From NCBI RefSeq assembly GCF_000150275.1, contig NW_002060952.1:1796313-1860312 (forward strand): a stretch of DNA of 64,000 nt, written 5' to 3'. This document shows positions 1 to 13,709 of the stretch, piece after piece; the first letter of the stretch is position 1; each line of letters begins with the position of its first letter. A model generated the notes under the pieces. It had not been told where the DNA came from and searched no databases. It was given only the letters and a program-made list of their open reading frames with translations. This stretch comes from Trichoplax adhaerens. Its lineage: Eukaryota; Animalia; Placozoa. A program made the translations under genes and the position numbers.

Positions 1-3000
1 TGCTCCCTTTCCTAAATGATCTATCATTTAATGACGAAATGATTTGTGAAATAGGAATGATCCTAATTTCCAGCATCACAACCCCTTTTGTTTATAATTA
101 TTTACTAGAACTAAACGATAGTCTATACTTAGGATTAAAAAATAATATATTACTGAGATACAAGCATTACCCTATTTATCATCATCAAAGCCGTAAAATT
201 AGAATTTGCTGAGATGTTGACATTTTCTAAACTGTAGCACTTTTAATTATGGACCAATGTATGCATCTATAGAGCGATTGTTCTTCAATGATTCGCAATT
301 AAGTTAACTTTAAGTCATCGGATGGCCTTCCATTCATTTTATTCGCTACTTCTGTAAGGCTAAGGTTCGTGAATGAACGGAATCCTTTGAGTCAATTCGA
401 TGCGTAAACTCTTTATGGCAACGGCTCTAGTAACCCGATCCATAACGGCACTACTTTATTTTAACATGTCAATCCTTAATTTGATGTAGTTGTAGCAATG
501 TTCCATTGCAGCACATACCACTCATTAAAGTTGAAAGATCATACAAATAGCATAGTACTAATTAAGTTCCCTTCCTTCAATCCTTTCCCTTTGGATAATT
601 GAAATACCTTGGCTCGTACTCGTCGAAAATATATGCAAAACATATTAATGATAAAGTTTAGATTATTTCATATTGTGTTATCGATAATATCATCAACGAT
701 TTTTATTGTTACCAATATAGTTTTTATCCAGTACAACAATATACGCATCAATTTTGTGGCATTTTTATAGTCTTGGTTTGATTAGTAATTCCGTTTGAGC
801 AAATAATTTGACAAGAGGGTACGACTTAATATTTCTAAATCACGGTTTGCTTTAAATCGAGTTTGGGATTTCTTCGATAGTGTAAAAGTAGCGATTAACT
901 TCAGTTAAGAAAATGATCCGTTTAAACATACCACTGCCAGATATCTATTACATCCTAATTTCTGAATCTGCAATTTATCCAATATTAGGAACAATCCGTC
1001 TAAAATCTCAATAGCATATTCTAGATCGATTCTTAATCGTCTTCCTATGACTCTGCATTAGTATAATTATAATTTGGAAGTTGTTTAAGTTATCCCATAT
1101 TTGCGTGTAGATGAATTTTAGATGGTTGCTAATACAGACTGTATCGGCTGTAGATATGCTCGTAATTGAAATGATTTTCAATTTGAAGATGGAACGATAC
1201 TAAATTCGAAGTACAGCTATTCCTTTTTCGTTATTATTTGTAATTTAACTAAAATTGAAAAAAAGCCGCTACGAGCCTTTGAAATTGTCCTTGCTTCTAT
1301 GCAATCAATCTCAATATCAAGTCGCCAAATTATTGATCTTACAGTGGCATATCGTTACTTTCCCTTGATCTTATCCTACACCTGAAATCGAGGTGAAAGT
1401 TGATTCTTGTATTGCACCCATCATTTATAATCAATCAATTTCGAGATAAAGTTGGCAAATTATAATTAATTATAGACCTTATTTACGGACTATATTAGAA
1501 GAAGCCTTTTTTCTTGTAGTCTGTGCCTTATCTTACTCTTCAAATTGAGGCGAAAGATGATTCTTTACGCTTGAAAGTTATATCAAAACTAGGATAGAAC
1601 ATTGAAATTATGCTTTTATCGATTCTGTTGAACAAACATTCGGTCCTCTATTTGAGCGAATATAGGATAGTATTTTATTACCGCTGCTTCTTCCCAATCT
1701 AAATCCAATTCGGATTGTCAGTTGGATATTGCTACCGTAAAAATAACATCATGGGCCAAATATGATCAAATTGGATATTGTCTTGAAGAAGCTACTTGTG
1801 ATCATTATAATCGACTGCTGTTTAACATGCTGTCGCGAGTTTTGAAATCATTTTTACACATAGTGATAGTGTGATCAACTTACGCTAATAACAATACAAA
1901 GCACTTAAATTATCCACTCTATTCTATTTTAAGTTACAAATGATTGAGTTGATCACCAATAAAGTATTTGTTAGTCATCACAGATTGATAACAGCACTAG
2001 TTTAGCATCATTAATAACAACACTGTGATCTAGCAAAGGATAACTGTGAGATTATTTTGAGCAAGGTTACTTATGCTAAGATAATTGACTACTGTTGATG
2101 ATATTGTTGTTGTTGGATCTTTAAAATAATTTTATTGAAATGGCAGAATCTCAATACAATTAATTCATTTACCTTTTTCCTTTTCTCTGTTAAAAAATGG
2201 ACTGGTTATAAATTAACCTAAATCATTATAATTGAACTCAAATGATAAAGCAAATGGAATCAATTGAAAGATTAGGTCCAATGTCGCTATGAAACACGAC
2301 GGCACTTGCATTTTTTATTTAATTCTTCCCTGAATGATGAATCGTTTTCTTCTTTCTACAATTTTTAAACGAATTAAAAAAAAGTAATGAGGGGATAGTA
2401 GAATTTCTTTCTTGTAACGCTAACTCTATCAATAGACGTTCTATCTGATATCAAGTATCGTAGATCTTTCCGTGTTAGTCCTACTTTTCTAAATTATTTG
2501 GGCAATGTGGAAGACATAGCTTAAAAAAGTAGCTTTTAACATTGTTTCGTATGAGTGTGCTGTATACCAAGCAATAAACATAGGTAAATCGTATTAGCGA
2601 GATTACATTCGTTTATGAAGAGAATAATACCTAATTAAATCATGAGCAAAAAGAGTATTCTTCACTATGATCTTGGGCTACATAGATCAAACGATAGTGG
2701 TATCTGATCTAATTAGTGTTAACCTAAAGTTTATCAACAAACTGTACGAGTTTATATCACTATAAACGGGTGTGCCTTAAAGCAATGAAAGGTAATGAAA
2801 GCATTACTAATCTTTAAAATAGAGATCAATATCAACAATCTATTCCAAATTATTTATTTTACTTTTGAAGACGTCGTCACATCGAGCCATCTCAATCGAA
2901 ATACCATCACATAAATCATTTTCAAACGTTCCATATCAACTGAAGATACTATAGATCAATCCTTATCTTCCGCTTCTTTATCATACTACTATAATTTTAG

Positions 3001-3805
3001 TGTATTATTTAATCATCTAAAAAATTTACTTTAATTTATACTAAATTTGTACAACTATAATCCAAAGATAAACTCCGCATCTGATTAATTTCAACAAAAG
3101 TTTAAATACCGTTGTAAATGGTATTCTAATCTGAGTAGCTTGAAAGTTTTACTGATTTCAAATTAATTTTCAATACAATATTGGGCAAAAGATAAATAGA
3201 AAACCATGCTTTGCTACTGGCTAGCTATCATACTAGCCAAAAGTAAATCTGAGTGGATCACTTAATTCGAGTTATTTACTCATAACTTGATGTGATATTA
3301 AAAGATGCAAAAATTTTTTATACTTTTAGCAACATGCAGGTACTAACGTCGAGGATAGAGCTTTCTATTCTCAATAACTATTTGACATTACTATAACCAA
3401 CAGCTGCACTAATTTGAAGTTTAGTCAATCTTCGCATGGTGAGACAAGTACAATACTTCGCATTGAATCTGTCCATACATTCAAAGTATGATTCAATATC
3501 TGTCGATACCAATCGAGTGAAAAGTGTTCCACTTGATTTAATGACATAATGACGTGATCAATGTTGCCGATTGGTAATTGAATAGACTACGGTAAATTAA
3601 AGAAAGGAAATAATATATTATGGAACGTGAAAACAGTAATTATATCTATATAGATAACAGTAAAGTAAATTAGATCACAGATGCAGGTGGTCTCTTTGTT
3701 GAAATTCTTTTAATCAACAAGAGTAGCTATATAATATCGTCAAGTCATGCGACATTTACTTGTAATTGTTTAATTATTAGGATCGGAAGTAGTTGTGATA
3801 AAAGA

Positions 3806-6800
3806 ATGCTTACTAATTGGATGCTAATACTGATAGTAGTCAAGGATTGTGAATATTCTGCATTTGTAAGAAATCAATGGGCATCTAGTTGAATCTGTTT
3901 CGAGGCAAATCTGTTGTATATCACATATTCGCCTTTAGTTTGTACAAGATGCTCTTAACAACATCATGAAATTACCCTGACGTATCCAGTTAGGGATTTG
4001 AACTGGATAATCTAACATACGTAATCTAAATATTTTTTAAATACGTTAGAAATTCCTGTATATCTTTAAAATATCGATCATACTAATTTAATGAAAAGTA
4101 GGTAAGAGTACAGATACATCCTAAGAGTGTGTTCTAAGTATTCCGGAAGTACAAAATACTCTATACATTTGATTTCAAGTTCTGCCAATGCCTCGGTCTC
4201 TAATATTCAACTTTCCGGATAGTTTTGAGGCAAAAATACTACTTAAAGTACGTCAAATATATATGTATCCTTGAAATTGAGCCTTAGTAATTTAAAAGAA
4301 TAGTTGCTGTCACTATATAGAAGATCTATTGATAGCAATGTCTACATCTAATTTATTAAAATTGATTATTGGTGGTACTAAAACACGGATATACTCCAGT
4401 TTTATAAATTAGCTCTGTTTCCATATCGAATTGAAATTCTAAATTGCTACATGTTATTAATAATGCTAACGGTACGACACATATAAATCCTTAAAATCGA
4501 ACTTCAATCTTAAATTTAAAATAAGTATTTTTTATGATTATGTAAGATCGAAAAATTGTAATATCTTCATATAATATAGTAAAATTTTTATTAACAACGT
4601 AGACACTGACATATATTTTTTTATAAAGTTTGATTTATTTCCTTACTAAACTAAAATTTTAAGTTACAATGTGATATTCGATGATCCTTAAGATACGATA
4701 CAATTTCTGTAGCTAATAAAAATTTGCCGCTCATAACCCTAACCAACTATTTACAATATCTTACCAGTTCATAATTTATGCGCATAATAATTCTTAATGC
4801 TATGCAATTCATTGGTTCTGCCGGATCTGTTATTCAGTACATCTTACAATCCTAACTTTGCCGAAAGTCAAAGTCTTGTTTTGAAATAACTTGTTAGTAT
4901 GAGGGTATGAAAATCAACGGAAAATAATGATAGTAGGCCTAAATAGTTTGGCAAAGATTGCTATAAATTATAAATGAAGCCTTCGCTAAGTTGAAACCAA
5001 TCATCAAATTAAATACTAAATAATGGATTATTCAAGACGCTAAGAAACCATATTCTAAAGTCAACAGCTATTTTATTATTTCAAAACTTAATAATTCTGT
5101 CACATTTCATCAGCAAAATACAGACGTTAGGGTAATCTTCGATTTGATGTGCTATTTTTGCCATTAAACATACTATATTGAAATAGTTCCTTGAATTTTT
5201 AATTTTCCAATATTAAAGGATACGCGTCAATTAAAGAGCAATTTTTATATTTTCAAATTGATTTATTTTAATATAAAAACGTAAGGGAATATAATTAACC
5301 TCATCATAAACGCTTAAAAGCACGTATAATTTCTTTAATACTTCTTCTGTTATGTTCTCCTTTTGCCCTTTCCAACATGCTAACATTACAAAAATTCATA
5401 ATTTTCTAACCGTAATAAATACGCGCTGAAGACCTATTTTATATTTTCAAACTGATTTATTTACGATCTTAATAAAAATGAAGGGAATATAGCTACCCCA
5501 TTGCCAATATCTAAATATGCGCATAGTTTATTTAAGATATCTAGTGTCTCTCCTGCTATGTTCCCGTTTCGTGCTTCCGATATACCATTATTGCCAAAGT
5601 ACACGTTATGTTACGACATGCTACTTATAATTAAAAATTGCAGAAGCTACGATTGTATGACTGACTATAATGTGTCATTTAAACATGTTAAAATTTTATC
5701 AAATTGTAAGAACTTTACCTAGTTTATATCATTAATAGTTTAACTTCACATCATTAATAGAGACAGGCTATAATTAGAGTATGAGTTTAGATCTATTGCA
5801 TTAATGGCCAAGCTAAGAAAAATACAATGGCATAACTATTATTACAGGATTCATTCCGCGATGAACTCTAGCTTACTCTTGTTGTCGTATAAATGACAGA
5901 AATTTAAAATTGTTGTCTTAATCCACTTTTCTGTTAAATATGAGTTGCGTGCTATCAATTAATTTTATAAAAATAGGATAAAGCCATACCTTCATTTCAG
6001 TATATTATTGCCCTAAAATATCACGAGTTAATTCTGTAATATTAGCACTTTCGAGAGTTTTGTGACATTAGTAATTCATTTCCGTAAGTTGGACAGTAAG
6101 CGGCACAATAATAGAAACAGTATTAATGAATAAGATATAAGTTCAATTTGCCGTAACAATGTGGTGTGAAATGAAAGCAAAATTAAAACTGATAGATCAA
6201 TAATCGTGATTATATGAAATATTTAAGGAGGTGAAAACAAAGTTATATTGTTTATGACATAGTCAACAAAATGTAAACATGCGGTTTATACTAAATGATG
6301 CCTGTCAAATGAAATCCTTTCAAAAGTGTACTCAGAATGAGAATATCATTAATTAAAAACTTAGAGCACAGAAATAGCGTAACTATTTTTTACTTCATAT
6401 TATACTTTCAAAGGCTGATTCTTCACAATGTGATGCCAGTGAATTGATTATGATTGAGGTTAAAAAAATTCTGCTTGGCCACTCTACTATGAAATATTAA
6501 GCAATGAGCAGATTTCATAACAAATTTGTAGCTATTGGTTTCATCTCTGCAGTTAAGAATCTTAAATTGTATAGAAGAATGTAAAATTGATTTATTCAAT
6601 GCAACCTTCTGGTACAGGTGATAAAATTTCTAGTTTATTTTTTGTGTTAAAAACTTGAACCAAGTATCAAGAAATAGAACAGAATTATAATATATGAAAG
6701 ATGCTGCGAATTCAATAGGAATAGTATTTACTTATTTATATTATCTGATAGCTTAAAATACTGCTATACTTTTCTATAAATTATTTATTGGTATGAAAAT

Positions 6801-9800
6801 TTATCGAAAACGAAAATAGACATTTGAAGTTGACATTGACAACATTTATATATATTCAATTGCTCCATAAATTAAATACAATTAATTGCGTAGTATTTCA
6901 CAACGTATGGCTAGTTAAATTAAGAGTTGCCAGTAAATTTAATGAAGTTCTCTGTCTTCATTCCAATTTTAGTATACTATTTCGCCTTGTCTCGGATGGC
7001 ATGCCTTAACTAACCAACTCTACGATTGTTGGCCATTACAAAGTCCAAATGAGTATAATATGATTCCTTGTAATGGTTAGTTATTTTTAGATTTTCAAGA
7101 TGTTCCGTGTACAATAGAAATCGAAATCAATCTTGCATGTTTATTGCAATGAGCGATATTGAATCCCTCTTTAATGATGTTATTAGGCTTGAGAATGAAC
7201 TGGTTTGGTGCTCGTATTGACTCAGTTCGATCTGCAGAAGAATTTAATGTCTCTTTCAGAATTACGGCATCGGATGGATTTTATCAGTATATTGTAAATA
7301 GAGGATTTTACCCAGGGTAAGTATTGCAAAGCAACTACTGCAGCAAGCAAACTATTTATTATTTCGCTAGCGATGGATAAGTTAGGCGATGTTCATCTAG
7401 AAATTAAATCTCTGTCTTGAATATCATATAAATTTATAGACTATCAGTCTATTAATTCGATTTATTTTTACCTCATTATGTACCGAAATAAACAGAAATT
7501 GGACCCAAGCCAAGAATTGGTGTGAAAGCGTTGAATGCCCTAGTGCAGAAGTTGCAACTGAAGATAATTGCTGTTTGCATCATGTCAATCTCCATTCCTG
7601 TCCGAGAACTCAAGTAAGTAGAACATCGATACTGGATCCGATTAATCGCTTTTTCGGAGACCATATTTATTTTCTTGGCTTGGATTAAAAAATTATGTAA
7701 TCCTTAATGATGCTATTATGATTTATATGAAAATTTGTTGTGCTTCGATTGTGAATGGGTAAAATAATATTCATTTATTTTAATTCTGTTTTCCACCTTT
7801 CGTAGTTAAGCTCTCGAAATGCAACCATTTGTGGGCCCTGGATTGGCCCTCAGGGTAGTATATTTACTCATACACCATCAAAAGTCGATAACATGAGCCA
7901 TCAGAACTGGACTCTCCCTCTGACATTATTCACTGCCGGTCATACTTCATTAATTGCTCATATTCGAATATTCAAAGTGCAAATTGCACTTCATACAACG
8001 TTAGAAGTTTTACCAAGCACTGGTAATTGCCTAATCTACTTTATAGTATTATGATAAAATAGTAGTTATAATAAGCATCTAAAGAAAATAGGATTGCAAC
8101 CTCTTTGACTTATTGTTTGTAAATGCGGTCTAAATTAAGCAAGTAAAGCCAAATATGAATATCTTTTAATTTCTTATATCTTAATTAATATTAAAGTTTG
8201 CGGTGATGGAGTCTGTAATGGAACAGAAACTTGTAAGTGACGTAGTATTGTATCAAATATTGTATCTAATGCTGAATATATGTAGACATAATGTTCGAGT
8301 TGATAAATCTGCTGGCTTATATAGTATTTTTATCGGTTTTAAAAACTATTTATTTCCAGGTGAAACATGCCGTAGTGATTGTGGACTATGTATGAGTATA
8401 ATTGCGGCTATAGTTGTTCCGTGTGCTCTCTTGATGGTCAGTGGCATAGCCGCAATATCGGTAAGTTTTTACTTTAATAATGCAAACTTTTTCGTAGTTA
8501 CTTTGCATGATAATGGTTATCATCACTATTGGTATAATTATTCGATGTATTTGCAGTGGATATATTATCAGAAACGTAAATTGTTTTGGGATGAAAGTTG
8601 GATCATTAATCATGAAGAAATTCGACCGGGTAACGTAGTTGATAGTGTCTACGAACTCGATTATAATTTTACTAGTTCAGGCTGCCAAATATTTCTAAAG
8701 AAATAACTTGAAGGACCTCTCTCTGTCCTATTTCAAGATTTTACCCGACATTGCTTATGGGTTTCATATTTTTTCTAATCTTACCAATCAATATTACTGT
8801 TTCATCACTTAGATACTGGTGTGCGCAATGCTTTAGGTAGTCTTGCTAGCATGGCTAATCCAGGCTCATTACAAGGTCAAAATGTGCAGGTTTTCACTGA
8901 AACAGGCATTTAGTAAGTACTTGATATGGTAATTACTAGCTTGATACACCAAGAATAATCCATTTTTAATTATTTAAATACTGCTCATAGTAGTAATTCT
9001 TTTAAGCTAATTGACTGTGCCACCTTGTGTAACGATCATTCGGTACTATCCATAAAATATAAATTATCGAAATTGCAAAATAGAATTACTAGTTCACATT
9101 TGTCTTTCTACTTGTGTTCTACTACAGTAAAAGTAAAGTAGTAGCTATCAAGAAAATTCTCAAGAATACCTTTGGTATTACTATGGATGTTAGAAGAGAG
9201 GTTCGGCAATTGAGGTAATTATAAATGATTTGTACCCTAATATAGCTGTTTATTATGCAATTTCATTGGAGAAATTTTAAATCAGTATTGACAATAACAA
9301 CTATACAACCTAATCGTATACTGTTCATGCACGTAAAATATTTCCATCATCACAAATTATACCTTCCATAATAATAATTTTCGTTAGTTTAAGCTGGTAC
9401 ATTGTTATTACATTGCCACCATTAATAATAATATTAGATTAGGATATAATTAAAAGGAATACGTAAAGTTATCTGATCGGTTCGCTTAATTAATGATGTT
9501 ATTGCCGAACTTAATTCTAGTCGAAAACGTGAAATAAATTGTTTTAGAGTTTCTCACTCAGTAAAAAGTGGAAATTGCGTATATAGTAATGAAGCCTAAC
9601 CTAAATTATTTTTATTATCGTCATATAGGGAACTAGAACATAACAATCTTTGTAAATTTGTTGGTGCTTCTATCGATATTCCATACGTATACATCCTTAC
9701 AGAATACTGCCCTAAAGGCAGTTTATACGATGTATTGCAGAACGATGATGTCCCACTAAACTGGTCCTTCAGGATATCTTTTGCAGCTGATATTGCACGT

Positions 9801-12800
9801 GGAATGGCCTACCTGCATTCTAGAAAGTTATTTCATGGTCGCTTAAAGTCATCAAATTGTTGCATTGACGACAGATGGACAATTAAAATAACAGGTGATT
9901 GTTTTAACGTGGTCAATTTTAAATCGTTATATGTGAAGTTAGGTAGATTACACTTTGTAGATTACTTTAAAACGCGAATATAATGACGATCGGTTGATGG
10001 TTTAGATAATTAGATGCTTAGGTATAACCATTTAACCGCAAAATAGCATAAACTAACCAGTATTCATATTTTATATCGCGTTATATAAGATTTTGGGGTA
10101 CCAATATTACGAAAAGTGGATACGAAAATAAAAAATATCGAAATGAATGAATATGAAAACAGCGACTCCAAACGAAGATATGAGAGAGTTTATTTACCTC
10201 CAGAATTGCTACACTATGACAAGCTTCCACCACCAGAGCCAACAACAGATATTTACAGGTATTTGAAATGACAATTTATTAGATTTTGATCATTAATGCT
10301 AAGCTTTATCGCAAATTACGATTTCCTTGAGTTTCTATATTAATAAGTACCAATTCAATACTTTTCATTTGCTAGCTATGCAATTATATTAATCGAAATT
10401 GCAACTAGACAAGATCCAACTGCGGAGGTTTGCATTGCTGAATTAGGCTAAGGCTACTTGATCAACGAGCTATAATCGTGATTGCTTTTCTTTACAACTC
10501 CTTAACTCAAATAATTTTATTTGGTGGTATGGAAGACAAGTCTCATTCACTATAGTAACTTTATAAAACTTAAATTAGGACACTTCACAAGATGATGGAA
10601 CTTGGAGACCTCCCTTGCCAGAGCTTGATAGAGGAAGCGGCGAAACTTTCTGTCCTAATCCATCAAAATATCAGGAAGTCAGTTATTAGATAGTATTACG
10701 CTAATGAATTCAAAGTAGATCTTTTACAAATCGCTACAATACTACACCAACCTTAAAGCACGTTTTAGCAATAAGCTCTTCTTCATTTTTGAAAGAATAA
10801 TTTTAATCACAGGATTAAATATGATAATATACTATTATTTACAGCTAATCAAGTATTGCTGGGATGAAGATATGGCATCTAGGCCTACTTTTGAAACTAT
10901 CAAAAAAATACTGGTAGAAATCAATCCTTCGAAAATGAGCCCTGTAGACTCTATGATGAGCATGGTATTATGCAAAGAATTTAAGCTATTACTATCATTT
11001 GATGAAGAACTTAGTAGAAATCGCTTATCCAAGTCTAGAAATCAAGAAAAATTAAAACGTGCATCTAGAAACTAATGATAGTATAATTACGTTTAATTTA
11101 TATAGATGGAAAAATATTCTAAAGATTTAGAAATTTTAGTGGCCGAGCGTACTCAAGAATTAGAGTTAGAGAAGCAAAAAACAGATCGTCTTTTATATAG
11201 TAAGTTTAATTTACTTTCTGATTTTATTTGAGCACTACTAATTATTAGCAAATCGATACTTTTGAATTTGAGGCATGCTTCCTAAGCCTGTTGCTGATAA
11301 ACTGAGGCAAGGAAAAGGAGTTGATGCTCAAGGATACGAATCATGCACCATTTTCTTTAGGTATTCAGCGAACAATTTCGTCTTGAAACTTGTCGCACTA
11401 ATTGATTACTAAAGCGATTTAAATTAATTAATTATTGATTATACTAACAACTATTTTTAGCGATATTATTGGATTCACATCTATTGCAAGCCAAAGTACA
11501 CCAATACAAGTGGTTGCATTGCTAAACAAACTTTATACTACATTTGACGATATCTTAGATAGACATGATGTCTATAAAGTAGAAACTATCGGAGATGCTT
11601 GTAAGCACTTATTGATATTTCTTATTTTTAGACATAGTAAAAACAATCATTTTTGATACGATATATCGCAGAAAGCTGAATCCATGTTTATAACTTCTTT
11701 CTACAAAATTTTATAATAGATATGGTTGTATCTGGATTACCACAAAAGAATGCTAGGCATGCTTGTGAGATTGCTAACATGGCACTTGATTTAATAGCCG
11801 TATGCGATCAATTTGTTATACCTCATATGCCACAATGGAAGTTCTGTATTCGAGCTGGAACACATTCTGGTAAATGATATACTATTTACAGTTTAATATT
11901 ATACAAAATTAGAGCATAATAGAAACAAAACTGTAGCATCATATTGCTAAATATCATCAGACTTAAATAGAATGGATCTGTGATATCGTTTTATAAAAAC
12001 CTTTTAAAGTGTGTAGTATATTAGTGCTATAGTGCACATAAGCTAGAAAATCTCACTTAACTCTTACTTTACGGCAATTCGATAATTTCCTATGACTTTA
12101 TAACTAAAGGCTCCGTTGTAGCTGGAGTAGTGGGCCTCAAGATGCCGCGTTATTGCTTATTCGGTGATACTGTGAATACTGCATCGAGAATGGAATCTAC
12201 TGGAGAAGGTATTTAACTTGTATCAATAGACTTGCCGTATTGATTTTAGACTGCCTTCTATTCCAAAATGTATGGCAAAAAAGTAGTAAAATATGTCAAG
12301 GGTTAACACTCGAGCAGTTAGTGATTCATTTATAAGTCATCAAAATTTGATTGGAAACTTCAACTTTATTTTTAAAATGTCTCTATCTATAATTAATATC
12401 ATAATAAATGTTAAGTGATTTACCGTAGATCTAATATTTAAAAGCCAGAAATTTAGTTGTTCTAGCGCGAATTCATAACATAATCGAATCTGTTACCTAG
12501 CCTTGAAGATACAGATTAGCGGAGTTACTCGTCAAATTTTGGATTCATTTGGATGCTACATTATGGAATCTAGGGGCCAAATTAATGTCAAGGTAAAATC
12601 AATAATAGCATTAATAAATAGCAAACTAAATGCTAATTACCACTGAATACGTTTAATGATTAAAGTGCACGAGAATCATACTATTTTTAATCATAATAAA
12701 AAGTGGTTTCGTTGGAATTGTTTTTGTGAATCCAATCGTATTTAAACGATATCAGCTAAATCGGCTAGTCAGATTTATTGTTAATAATGAAATAATTAGG

Positions 12801-13051
12801 GCAAAGGCATGATGGAAACATGGTGGCTTAAAGGAAGGCGAAACATCGATGAAATCCTTAAAAGAGATTCTTTAGCTCAGGGAAATTCACTACATAAATC
12901 GATTCCTGATATTCAGTCTGATCCCTTAGAAGAAAAGAAACTTTCATCTCGTGAGACTCCGCCAACGCCAGTTAGCCAATCTCGTGTTTATGTTCACGAT
13001 GGGAAAGAAAAAACGAATTCCTTTGCAAATCTAATTGATATAGACAATTAA
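3806..13051 (+). CDS. Single-pass receptor (membrane) guanylyl cyclase: Cys-rich ectodomain, TM, kinase-homology domain, coiled-coil hinge, cyclase domain (~881 aa)
   Basis: Hand-assembled GT-AG exons: 3806-3865 (tentative signal-peptide exon), 6973-7075, 7187-7316, 7496-7613, 7806-8022, 8197-8232, 8360-8460, 8557-8629, 8813-8912, 9128-9214, 9629-9894, 10090-10258, 10376-10427, 10579-10677, 10845-10964, 11106-11199, 11273-11360, 11461-11600, 11720-11869, 12110-12208, 12501-12592, 12800-13051. Phases are consistent and total 2646 nt. Motifs: [27 protein letters not shown]; pseudokinase VAIKK and [24 protein letters not shown]; hinge [35 protein letters not shown]; cyclase [39 protein letters not shown]. 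The Glu in KVET and Cys in YCLF are the GTP-specifying residues. The first exon is less certain than the rest. Confidence 0.93.
5219..5600. repeat. Diverged tandem duplication (~200-bp period) in the presumed long first intron of the cyclase
   Basis: ATACGCG...TTTTATATTTTCAAA(T/C)TGATTTATTT...AAGGGAATATA...CT(G/C)..TATGTTC occurs starting at ~5220 and again at ~5419. Confidence 0.7.
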
Positions 13052-13709
13052 TTTAATAGGAATTATACAGAATAGTAATCATTATAAAATACAATATTAC
13101 TAACCCAAATAAGTATTCGCCACTATTAATACATTGCTAAGGATTAAAACATTTAGATAAAGCTTATTATGGAGTACTTCACTCAAAGCTTAGATTATAA
13201 TTTAAATTAAATGTGTGATTATGTACCCTTATGCATGTATGCATATCTTTATTATTTATTTCCATATTTTCAAAATGCTATTTGCTATGGAACCTACACT
13301 GTAATTATGTCTACTACTCTTCTATTAATTCGATATCGATGCTGTCAGACAGAAATTATTACAAACATGATTTCTTATTTTATTTCATAACAGATAGTAA
13401 GGTACTATCATTTATTTGTGGATAGGATAAATGCACAATCAAGCATATAAATATATAATTTATCATAAAATAAGAATCTATCATGATGTTAGCTGCATTC
13501 ATTACGAAAACAATGCAAAATTTTCATTTAGGCCATTAAAGTTTTTCATCTTCATATGAGGTTCTAATGACGCTTATAACAACTTCTTCCGCTCATTTTT
13601 TCAAATATTTACGCGTAATATATGTAAAAATTAGGATATCAACAGAAACTTTGTAGAAATGTGGATCGCATTGCTTAGTAGTGGCAGTATTTATTTAATT
13701 TAATGAATT

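Noticed and set aside
240-640. Possible coding fragment at the window start
   Set aside because: Only short open stretches, with no recognisable motif or consistent splice pattern.
1365-1566. Short ~40-bp diverged direct repeat (CTTATC...AAAT.GAGG.GAAAG.TGATTCTT)
   Set aside because: Real similarity, but too short and isolated to interpret.
8203-8706. 167-aa ORF as a standalone gene
   Set aside because: It reads through introns; only 8360-8460 and 8557-8629 are in-frame cyclase exons. The same applies to the other ORF-track fragments overlapping cyclase and ALG6 exons.
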